In this document: in pieces, positions 1 to 8,110 of the stretch
Numbering within the stretch: position 1 is the first letter of the stretch
Layout of the letters: the number at the start of each line of letters is the position of its first letter
DNA from: Planctomycetota bacterium
Lineage (GTDB): Bacteria; Planctomycetota; Planctomycetia; Pirellulales; UBA7805
Assembly: GCA_003389215.1 (NCBI GenBank)
Contig: QQVP01000064.1
Span: 1,468-65,467 of the forward strand
Length of the DNA: 64,000 nucleotides
Direction of reading: 5' to 3'
Notes under the pieces: model-generated
Database searches by the model: none
What the model was told of the DNA's origin: nothing
Seen by the model: only the letters and a program-made list of their open reading frames with translations
Made by a program: the position numbers and the translations under genes

Positions 1-347
1 CCCTGGGCGAACCCCGCGCCGACGGACAACGCGACGTCTTCTTCGAACTCAACGGTATTCCGCGTTCGGTGGTCGTGACCGATAACGCCCTGGAACCGGA
101 GACGCGACGGACCGAAAAGGCCGATCCCAAGAACCCGGCCCACGTCGCCGCGAACATGCCCGGCATGGTCGTGATGCTCGCCGTGCAGACGGGCGATTCG
201 GTGCGCAAAGGACAAAAGCTGCTGGTCATCGAAGCCATGAAAATGCAGACGACCGTGGTCGCCGAACAGGGCGGCAAAGTCGTCGACGTGTATGCCAAAG
301 CGGGCACGCAGGTCGAAACGGGCGATCTCTTGATGATCGTCGAGTAA
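1..347 (+). CDS. pyc: Pyruvate carboxylase, C-terminal part (5' truncated by window edge)
   Basis: Frame from nt 3 reads LGEPRADGQRDVFFELNG...; biotinylation motif EAMKM; followed by birA. Confidence 0.9.
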   Translation, partial: LGEPRADGQRDVFFELNGIPRSVVVTDNALEPETRRTEKADPKNPAHVAANMPGMVVMLAVQTGDSVRKGQKLLVIEAMKMQTTVVAEQGGKVVDVYAKAGTQVETGDLLMIVE

Positions 348-416
348 TCGTCGCCTGCGCGAGTTTTCCGCGGGCGCTGGCCTGGCCGGTGACCCATTCG
401 GCCCCGTGACACTGCC

Positions 417-1205
417 ATGTTCGACCCCGCACGCATCCAGCGCGAGACCTTCGTCGCCGACGTCGAGTTGTTCGAGTCGCTCCCCTCGACCAACGACTAC
501 GCCGCCGGTCGGGCCGCCGCAGGATTTTCGGGCAGGCCGCTGCTGGTCGTTGCCGAACAGCAAACCGCCGGTCGTGGACGGGGGGCCAATCGCTGGTGGT
601 CCTGCTCGGGCGCGCTCACCTTCTCGCTGCTGCTCGACGAACTCAGCAACGCGCCGGTGGCGCGGCTCTCGCTCGCCGCGGGCCTGGCCATTTGCGAAGC
701 GCTCCGCGCGCTCGATCCAAGGCTCGAGACGCGGCTCAAGTGGCCCAACGACGTGTACCTCGACGAGCGCAAGGTCGCCGGCATTCTCATCGAACGTATC
801 GCCTCGGCGCCCGAGACTCTGATCTTGGGCGTGGGGCTGAACGTCAACAACCGGCTGGCCGACGCCCCAGACGAAGTTCGCAGCCGGGCCATGTCGCTGG
901 CCGACGCAACGGGTGCCGAGCTGTCGCCCGAGCAAGTGCTGATTGCCGTGCTGCAGCATCTCGAGGCGGCATACGCCGTGCTCGACGAACATCCCTGGCC
1001 GACGCTCGATCGCTGTCGCGAGCTCTGTCTGCTCCGTGGTCGACAAGTCGTCATCGATGTCGGCGAGCAGCAACATGCCGGACGCTGTCTGGGCATCGAC
1101 GACGACGGGGCTCTCGTGATCGAGACACCGGCGGGACAGTCGCGTTGTGCCACGGGGGTCGTGACCTCGTTCGACAGGTCGGCATCGGCAGCCGATCGCC
1201 GTTAG
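417..1205 (+). CDS. birA: Biotin-[acetyl-CoA-carboxylase] ligase
   Basis: STND, QTAGRGRG, LKWPND, KVAGILIE and GVGLNV motifs. Confidence 0.95.
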   Translation: MFDPARIQRETFVADVELFESLPSTNDYAAGRAAAGFSGRPLLVVAEQQTAGRGRGANRWWSCSGALTFSLLLDELSNAPVARLSLAAGLAICEALRALDPRLETRLKWPNDVYLDERKVAGILIERIASAPETLILGVGLNVNNRLADAPDEVRSRAMSLADATGAELSPEQVLIAVLQHLEAAYAVLDEHPWPTLDRCRELCLLRGRQVVIDVGEQQHAGRCLGIDDDGALVIETPAGQSRCATGVVTSFDRSASAADRR

Positions 1206-1218
1206 CGGGCGTGGCACC

Positions 1219-1387
1219 GAGTTTTTTTCGTGATCGGCGTATTTCGGACTGAGTGCACAAAAACTCGAACTGCTTTCCGCGACGTGACTTAGCGACGCGC
1301 GAAGCGGGGCAAAGTTGGCTCCGAAGTGCTGGGCCGCGTTGGTGTTAGGTTCTTGCTGCCCTTCCCGCGAGTGGACGGTAAAAAACT
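1219..1387. repeat. Dispersed ~170-bp non-coding element, copy A
   Basis: Motifs GAGTTTTTT, AAAAACTCGAA, TTAGCG, TGGCTC, GTTAGGTT, AAAAAACT occur in the same order and spacing as at 42762-42931. Confidence 0.75.
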
Positions 1388-1415
1388 CCCTCGTTTGGAA
1401 TGGGGTGGCCATCCC

Positions 1416-1491
1416 GGGGTCGGGTCCAATTTTCGGCCGCTCGATCGTTCTTGCGGGAAAGCTCACTGACCGAAAACTTGGACCGGACCCC
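1416..1491. repeat. REP-like long inverted repeat
   Basis: GGGGTCGGGTCCAATTTTCGGCC ... GACCGAAAACTTGGACCGGACCCC, ~23-bp imperfect stem with ~30-nt loop. Confidence 0.65.
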
Positions 1492-1737
1492 TTCGTGGCC
1501 ATGGGCGATATCCGCATGATGGCCGGACGCGTGAGCGAGAGCAACCGAGCACGCTTGCCTTGAGGGCAAGCGAGCGCAGGGCGGTAGACGAAGTGCCTGT
1601 CCCTACACGTCCCACTGCCGTTTCGGGCTATCTTTGGTCTGTCGCACAGGCACTGGCGTAGCTCGTGTCACCCGTCGCTCGTCAAACCTACCAAACAGGC
1701 GTCCTATTCCCAAACGAGAATGAGACAGCGGCCGCGA

Positions 1738-1765
1738 TGCCATGGCCACGCTTGCGCGGTCATGC
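1738..1765. repeat. Short REP-like imperfect palindrome
   Basis: TGCCATGGCCACGCTTGCGCGGTCATGC. Confidence 0.4.
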
Positions 1766-1936
1766 TCGGCAACCGCGCCATAGCCCGACGCGTGCCGTTG
1801 CCCTTCGTCTTGCGATGCCGGAGGCGGTCGACCGCTGCCGGTCGGCCGTTACCACGACGGCAATCACGTTGCCCATGTTTCTTGTGGCTTCGCGAAACGG
1901 ATTGTCGAGACGACGGTCCATGGCATTCGCGTCCCG

Positions 1937-3475
1937 CTACCACTCCGTCGTCAATTCCACGGTCTCAACCCACTCGAGAGCCTTCAGTCGACCGGCTGAT
2001 CCCCCAAGTCCCAGGCGCAGTTTCGCTGCGGGAGCCAAGATTTCATCTTGGCGAAGCTCCGCGGCGACGCCCTTCGCCTTCAGCCATGCCAGAACGTGTT
2101 GCTGAGGCATGAACATCAGATCGGTACCATCGTCAGCAACGGCTCGGTGAATGCCAGCATACAACGTTATGCTTTCTACACGCCGAGATGCTTCGTTCAG
2201 CTCAATCACAAATGGTGCTTCGGGGTAAAACGCAGTGACGCGACCCTCGTCGCGTCCCCAATCAGGAATCTCCGGCTTGCCCCAGCGCTCATCGAGTATC
2301 TCTTGTGGCATGCCAAGACGTACATCTCCAAACTGCTTTCCAAAGATCAGCTTCTGGTCGAGGTTGACGTCGGGTCGTAGCTTCTGACTCGCCTCTCGCA
2401 TCGCCGTCCAAAACGCCTCGCGAAAGTCGCGAGTGATCGGCGCAAGCTGTATCATTCTCTTGCCAGCCGACGCATACGGATCGACGCCGGTCTCCTTGAT
2501 CCAATTCTGGAGCTCCTCCTTTGCACGGGTGAACCTGTAGCTTAGCTCTTCTTGATCTGTTGACGCGACGAGCGCGAGAAAATCATCCGCCGACTCGCCC
2601 AATACACCAATAAACCCTTCGGACGAGAAGTAGACGACGGCGGCGTCTTCGAGATCGCTGTGGCCTGCCACATCGAGAGCGAGTAGTCCACCCGACCCAT
2701 CGCCGGCAAAGACCCTAAATCGCGAATCGAAGGTGTGAATCAGCGGCGCAAGTTCTTCCGGAAAGAGCGTATCGAGAGGGCCGGCGCGCGAAAATTCGAA
2801 GTCGAGGAAGAGGAAATCGCCCGTCGCTCCCAAGTGTTCGTTGAGCAGTCGGAGGCGGCGGGGAAGCTCGTGGTCGGACTGCGGCAAGACCGTACTTCGT
2901 AAAGCGTCCTCATTAGGAAGCTTGCGCTCCTCTTCTCCTGCGGCAAAGCCTCGGAAAATCCCATCTTCGTCAACGCTGTCGGCGAACTCTCGAAAGTCCA
3001 TGTTGGCAATCGAGAGATTGTTTTCGACGCCCCACATCTCCGAAGGAATGACACGAAACGTTCGGCCAATATCGTCAAACAAGTCAACAACGAGAATCGG
3101 CCGATCGGCGTGCGTCAGCGATTTTGAATCAACGATGAACAAGACCGTGTGCGTTGTTTCCTGCGAGACCAGCTGTTCGACCGTGGCGCCAGAGAATTGC
3201 GGATCGGAAACGCAGTCGACGTACGCGCGGAACCCTCCCGCCGGCGACTCGATGGCCGCGCAGATCGCTTCCCAGGCCGCGTCATCGGAGAAGTCGGTGC
3301 GAAGGACCAGCGACGTGCCTTCCTTTGGCGAAGGCAACATCGGCAGTGGGACCTGTTCTTGCAACACCTGCCCCGGGGTCTGCTCGGGCACCGACTGCCG
3401 ATTCGGCTGCCCTTCAGAGTTGTTGCAGCCCGTGATTAGCAGACACAGCGCGACGAATAGGATTCCGTGACACAT
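1937..3475 (-). CDS. Putative lipoprotein with DUF6924-like domain, SUKH/SMI1-KNR4-like domain and an unknown C-terminal domain
   Basis: Lipobox LLITGC; LVLRTDFSDDAAW...NNLSIANMDFREFADSVDEDGIFRGF; FAGDGSGG...VVYFSSEG...LGESADDFL; start uncertain (3475, 3490 or 3526). Confidence 0.7.
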   Translation of the reverse strand: MCHGILFVALCLLITGCNNSEGQPNRQSVPEQTPGQVLQEQVPLPMLPSPKEGTSLVLRTDFSDDAAWEAICAAIESPAGGFRAYVDCVSDPQFSGATVEQLVSQETTHTVLFIVDSKSLTHADRPILVVDLFDDIGRTFRVIPSEMWGVENNLSIANMDFREFADSVDEDGIFRGFAAGEEERKLPNEDALRSTVLPQSDHELPRRLRLLNEHLGATGDFLFLDFEFSRAGPLDTLFPEELAPLIHTFDSRFRVFAGDGSGGLLALDVAGHSDLEDAAVVYFSSEGFIGVLGESADDFLALVASTDQEELSYRFTRAKEELQNWIKETGVDPYASAGKRMIQLAPITRDFREAFWTAMREASQKLRPDVNLDQKLIFGKQFGDVRLGMPQEILDERWGKPEIPDWGRDEGRVTAFYPEAPFVIELNEASRRVESITLYAGIHRAVADDGTDLMFMPQQHVLAWLKAKGVAAELRQDEILAPAAKLRLGLGGSAGRLKALEWVETVELTTEW

Positions 3476-3718
3476 GTCTGAAACAAGCATGAGAACATTG
3501 TACTCGTCTGTTGTTACCGTCAGCAACTACGTTTCTCGGTTGCGTTCTCAACCATCGGCTCGCCAGATGCCACTGGCTGCTTGCCAGGTGAGTGATAGGC
3601 GCTGTCTTTAACGAGAAGGGGAGCCGCCCGGCGAGCCGAGAGCCACGAAGAATTCTGCGGCTCAGCAGGAGCTTCGCCCCTCGCGACGGACGTTCGGAAA
3701 CGCGTTTTGAGACAAGGC

Positions 3719-4318
3719 CTACCGCGCGCGGAGTTCGTGCAGCGGGACCTCGAAGAACTCGGCAAGTCGCTTGCCTGCCCGCGCGATGTAGCGTTTCGGG
3801 TCATCGATCGCCACGGGCAAGTACTCGAACGCATTCTCGGGGCTCCGGCGAAGTACGCTGAGTTCGTGCGAGAGGACACTTTCCTGTTCGATCTTGACCG
3901 GACCCTGGAGGAGCACGAAGTGGACGACTTGCGAGCGAGGTAGCACCACCTCGACGCGCGGAAGCGACAACTCGCCCTGGGCCGTGTCGAGGATGAAGAA
4001 CGGCCCCCGCGACCTGAAGTGCCTGTTCAAGAGGTGCAAAATCGTGAGGAGTCCCGGTCCGGCGAGAATGAAGATTGCGAGCCCGATCGCTACCAAGGGA
4101 TCGTCGATCCCCTGGGACAGTTCGCGGTAGAAATACCACGCGCCGACGCCGTAGGGCGCCAGCAAGCAGAGGCTGACGAACCTTAGCGAGAACGTGCCTG
4201 GCTCGCCCCGCAAGAGCGGCGGCTCTTCCACAAGTTTCAAGTGAGTCGAGCGTCCACTCGGATCGAGAATCTCGGTCGGGCGAGGCGCTCGCTGGGGTTC
4301 GTGCCGGATGCTCGTCAT
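3719..4318 (-). CDS. Hypothetical membrane protein (2 TM segments)
   Basis: 199-aa ORF with two hydrophobic segments and protein-like composition. Confidence 0.6.
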   Translation of the reverse strand: MTSIRHEPQRAPRPTEILDPSGRSTHLKLVEEPPLLRGEPGTFSLRFVSLCLLAPYGVGAWYFYRELSQGIDDPLVAIGLAIFILAGPGLLTILHLLNRHFRSRGPFFILDTAQGELSLPRVEVVLPRSQVVHFVLLQGPVKIEQESVLSHELSVLRRSPENAFEYLPVAIDDPKRYIARAGKRLAEFFEVPLHELRAR

Positions 4319-4375
4319 CGATCGGATCCCGTTTTCTGAAATTCGTTCCGTCGCCCGACACGGCCCGACTCTTCC

Positions 4376-4999
4376 CTACTCACCCGGCGGCAAGATGGCC
4401 GGCTCGGGCATGATCTTCCGCATCCACCAGAACGACGCGACCCACTTCTCGCCCGCCGTGACCGGCTCGCCGGCGTGCAGTGACAACGCGTGAGGGCGAT
4501 TGCCGCCGAGGATCGTGTTCGACCAGAGCACCAATTGTCCCCGTCGCGGCGCCACGGTCAGGCCAATCTTCGGGAACACCGTGGCCCCGCCCTCGAAGTC
4601 ATCGTTCAGGTACATGATCGACGTGTAGTACCGCTGCCCAAACGTCCGCAAGCGCTCCGGGATCTCCGTCTCGTCGAAATTCCAGGCATCGAAGTGCGCC
4701 CCATATTCCTGCTCCGGCTCGTAACGCAAGATTGCCAGCGGCTCGGCAAACTCGGGCGGAAACCGCACCAGCAATCCGATCCGCGCGCAGAGCTCGCCCA
4801 GGATCGGATCGCTCCGCTGATCGAGATTGCAGTGCGAGTTGCTCCGTCCCTGCGACACGATGTCGCCGGAGGCGCCCATCCTCGCCCGCTCGAATCTCCC
4901 CTGAGCTTCACTGCGAATGTGATCGATCGTCGGCGTGTCCAGAAAATTGTCGATCGTGACGATCAAGGGATTCAGGCTCAGTACGTGGGGCTCGTTCAC
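4376..4999 (-). CDS. 2OG-Fe(II) oxygenase, prolyl 4-hydroxylase-like
   Basis: LRY..EQEYGAHFD, YLND..GGATVFP, SLHAGEPVTAGEKWV; GTG start behind AAGGAG RBS. Confidence 0.88.
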   Translation of the reverse strand: MNEPHVLSLNPLIVTIDNFLDTPTIDHIRSEAQGRFERARMGASGDIVSQGRSNSHCNLDQRSDPILGELCARIGLLVRFPPEFAEPLAILRYEPEQEYGAHFDAWNFDETEIPERLRTFGQRYYTSIMYLNDDFEGGATVFPKIGLTVAPRRGQLVLWSNTILGGNRPHALSLHAGEPVTAGEKWVASFWWMRKIMPEPAILPPGE

Positions 5000-5018
5000 G
5001 AGTCTCTCCTTGGCTTGC

Positions 5019-6113
5019 TCAGTCGGCGATCGATCGCGGCAGGGGCGCGCAAACCGCATCATCGGCGGTGATGGCCTGGAGGAGCTCCACACCTTCGGCC
5101 AGCGGACCCTGAAACTCCGCTTCCCAACGCGATCGTTCCAGCCGCCGCGCGTCCGCGTCGAAGGCGGTCCCTGGGAACTTGGCGTGGCCGCCCAGCCGAC
5201 CGCTCCTTTCGATCTCCATGATATGCTCTTCCGCAAGACCAAGCTGGAAAAACTCGGCGACTTTTTCCACGATCGGCAGCGGCTGCGCGAAGAACACCGC
5301 CGCGTCGAGCGAACGGGCATCGAGATCGGGATTGTTCAGGACGTCGCGACAGTGGCCCATCATGGCCAGCCAGACGACTGCCGCGGCCTGCCCGTCGCTC
5401 AGATTGCCGCTGGGCAAGGGCGCGGCCAGGTCGCGCTGCCGCAGGTCGATTTCCGCCCGGGGAAGATTGCCACGCAGATATTGCCGCGCCGCCTCCGACT
5501 TGAGCATCGAGATTAAGAACGCCTCGAACGGCTCGTAAAGAAACAGGGCCTTCGCGTCCGGCTGATGCTGCAACAGTTCGCCGGCAACGTTCGAACAGGA
5601 ATCGGTCGGTTTGACGACCGCCACCTCCGCCGTGCCATAGGTCTTCTGAATCGAGGCCCACACGAGATCGAGCAGCGACGGATCTTCGAGCGAGGCCGCC
5701 AGTTGCGGAGCGCACTGGCGTCGAATTGCGCTGTACGTGTGCAGTACGAAGGGCTCTTTGTAGGCGAGCACCAGGCCCTCGGTGTCGAGGCATCGGCAGA
5801 GCAACGTCGAACCGCAGAAGGCGGTGTGAAAGATGAACCGCAGCGGCCGCAGTGCCGGTCGGGCGGCGCGAAACTGCTCGATCATCTCGCCGAGCGGCAC
5901 CCTCCAAACCAAATCGTCGAGCGTGGCGATGCGGTGATCGAGAAACACCGACTCGGTGTAGCACGATCGGTCCATGCGGACGACGTAGCCCGTGGAGTCG
6001 GCAACGCGAATCGCGTCGGTGTCGGTGCCCTGCAGTTGCAGGTTGCGGACGAACAGGTCGGGCGTTTCGAAGAGCCGCCGCGCGTCGTTATCCCTGAGCA
6101 GTGGCACGGCCAT
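5019..6113 (-). CDS. Sulfotransferase-like protein
   Basis: FIFHTAFCGSTLL resembles the PAPS-binding loop, followed by a KEP motif. Confidence 0.6.
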   Translation of the reverse strand: MAVPLLRDNDARRLFETPDLFVRNLQLQGTDTDAIRVADSTGYVVRMDRSCYTESVFLDHRIATLDDLVWRVPLGEMIEQFRAARPALRPLRFIFHTAFCGSTLLCRCLDTEGLVLAYKEPFVLHTYSAIRRQCAPQLAASLEDPSLLDLVWASIQKTYGTAEVAVVKPTDSCSNVAGELLQHQPDAKALFLYEPFEAFLISMLKSEAARQYLRGNLPRAEIDLRQRDLAAPLPSGNLSDGQAAAVVWLAMMGHCRDVLNNPDLDARSLDAAVFFAQPLPIVEKVAEFFQLGLAEEHIMEIERSGRLGGHAKFPGTAFDADARRLERSRWEAEFQGPLAEGVELLQAITADDAVCAPLPRSIAD

Positions 6114-6169
6114 GTTTCCGTTTGCTACTCCGTGTCTACGCGGTGGGCGACGAAGGGCGCGATTTCCCG

Positions 6170-7969
6170 CTACCGCATCACGTCGGCGAAGGCCTGCTGC
6201 AGGCACTGCAGCGCCTCGGTACCTCGCGCGCCGTCGACGATCACGTTCACCCGCACCTCGCTGGTGTTGATCATCTCGACGTTGATGCCCGCCTCGGCCA
6301 AGGGCCGGAACATGCGAATTGCCACGTCGGCGTGGGTCCGCAGGCCGATGCCGGAGACGGACAGCTTGGCCACCTCCGGGCTGCTGGTCACCTTGGCTCC
6401 GCCGATCGACGCGGCCACTTCTTCCGTCCGGGCCAGGGCCGCTTCGAGCTGCCCTCGCGGCACCGTGAAGCTCATCGCCGCCCGACCGCCGGCCCCGTCG
6501 CCTTGCACAATCATGTCGACGAAGATCTCGCCCGCGGCAATCTCTTCGAACACCGTCGCCGCAATGCCCGGCTTGTCGTCAACCTCGCTGATCGTAATGC
6601 GGGCTTGCGACTCGTCGAGCAACACCTCCTCGATTCTCAGGTCCTCCATGCCGGCCAGGTGCTCGACCACCGCCACCGCATCGGCGTCGCTCGGCTCGGC
6701 GTCGCTTGGCTCGGCGGGGCTCGGCGGGGCGAGACGAAACGGCCTGGCATCGGCCGGCGGCCGCTGGAGTTCGAACACGTCGTGCACCGCCTGAAGTGCC
6801 TCGAGCGCCCGCGACTCTTCGACCAACACCGAAATCTTGATCTCGCTGGTGGTGATCATCCGCAGATTGATGCCCGCGTCGGCCAGGGCGCGAAACATCC
6901 GCATGGCCACGCCCGACTGCCGGGCCATGCCGAGACCGACGACCGAGACCTTGGCGACGTCTTCGGCGATCGTGTAGCGCTCAGCCCCAATCTGCTCGAC
7001 CACCGCGGCCACCGCGGCCTGCGTTGCCGAGAGATCGCTTTGCACCACGGTGAAGGAGACCTCGGCCCGTCCCTCGGCACCGACGTTCTGCACGATCATG
7101 TCGATGGGGACGTTCGCCTCGGCCATCTTCGTGAAGATCTGCAGACTCGAACCGGGACGATCGGGCACACCACTGAGCGTCACGCGGGCTTCGTTCTTGG
7201 TCAGCGCCGCGCCGGAGACGGGATTCTGCAGCGACTCTCCCTCGGGCAGCACCATCGTGCCAGGCTCGCCGGTGGCGCTGCTCCGCACGTGAATCGGCAC
7301 GCCGAACTTCTTGGCGAACTCGACCGAGCGACTGTGCAGCACGCCGGCGCCCAGGCTGGCCAGTTCGAGCATCTCGTCATAGCCGGCTTGCCGCGTGCGT
7401 CGGGCTGCGGGCAGCTTGCGCGGATCGGTCGTGTAGACGCCGTCGACGTCGGTATAGATGTCGCACGAGGCGGCCCGCAGCACCGCGGCCAGTGCGACGG
7501 CCGTCGTGTCGCTGCCGCCGCGGCCGAGCGTGGTGATGTTGAAGTCTTCGTCGATGCCCTGGAAGCCGGCGGCGATGACGATGTTCCCCTCGTCGAGCAG
7601 GGTCTGCATCCGCTCGGTGGAGATCGACTGAATGCGGGCCTTGGTGTGCGAGCTGTCGGTGCGAATGCCGATCTGGGCCCCGGTCAGGCTGACCGCCTTG
7701 CGGCCGAGGGCGTCGATGGCCATCGCCATCAAAGCAACGCTCACCTGCTCGCCGGTGGAGAGCAGCATGTCCATCTCGCGTGCCGGGGGACGCTCGCTCA
7801 GTTGCCCGGCCAGGTCGACCAACATGTCGGTGTTCTTGCCCATCGCGCTCACCACCATGACGACCTGGTTGCCTTCGTCCTGCGCGGCAATTGCCTTGCG
7901 GGCCGCGGCCATGATCTTCTCGGCGTCGGCCACGCTGGTGCCGCCAAATTTCTGCACGATGATGGGCAT
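6170..7969 (-). CDS. lysC: Aspartate kinase with four ACT domains
   Basis: VQKFGGTSV, TLGRGGSDTTA, YTDVDGVYTTDP; duplicated ACT pair. Confidence 0.95.
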   Translation of the reverse strand: MPIIVQKFGGTSVADAEKIMAAARKAIAAQDEGNQVVMVVSAMGKNTDMLVDLAGQLSERPPAREMDMLLSTGEQVSVALMAMAIDALGRKAVSLTGAQIGIRTDSSHTKARIQSISTERMQTLLDEGNIVIAAGFQGIDEDFNITTLGRGGSDTTAVALAAVLRAASCDIYTDVDGVYTTDPRKLPAARRTRQAGYDEMLELASLGAGVLHSRSVEFAKKFGVPIHVRSSATGEPGTMVLPEGESLQNPVSGAALTKNEARVTLSGVPDRPGSSLQIFTKMAEANVPIDMIVQNVGAEGRAEVSFTVVQSDLSATQAAVAAVVEQIGAERYTIAEDVAKVSVVGLGMARQSGVAMRMFRALADAGINLRMITTSEIKISVLVEESRALEALQAVHDVFELQRPPADARPFRLAPPSPAEPSDAEPSDADAVAVVEHLAGMEDLRIEEVLLDESQARITISEVDDKPGIAATVFEEIAAGEIFVDMIVQGDGAGGRAAMSFTVPRGQLEAALARTEEVAASIGGAKVTSSPEVAKLSVSGIGLRTHADVAIRMFRPLAEAGINVEMINTSEVRVNVIVDGARGTEALQCLQQAFADVMR

Positions 7970-8003
7970 GGGAGGCATCGTTGCTGGCAAGAAGAAGCGC
8001 GGG

Positions 8004-8049
8004 GTTGAGCGGCCGCGGCTTTCTCTGTTGAGCGGCCGCGGGTTTCTCT
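8004..8049. repeat. 23-bp tandem duplication (2 copies, 1 mismatch)
   Basis: GTTGAGCGGCCGCGG(C/G)TTTCTCT x2. Confidence 0.85.
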
Positions 8050-8110
8050 GTTGCGTGGTCGAGGGTTGTGGGTGGGGCTGCGGCGGGCGTCCGCGTGTCG
8101 TGGCGGCTCG

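Noticed and set aside
1315-2112. Short ORFs between birA and the lipoprotein gene, considered as a RAYT/transposase remnant
   Set aside because: No HUH or DDE motifs; they overlap palindromic repeats and have non-protein-like composition.
6170-7969. Aspartate kinase with four ACT domains as a novelty
   Set aside because: This architecture is already known, for example in cyanobacterial aspartate kinases.
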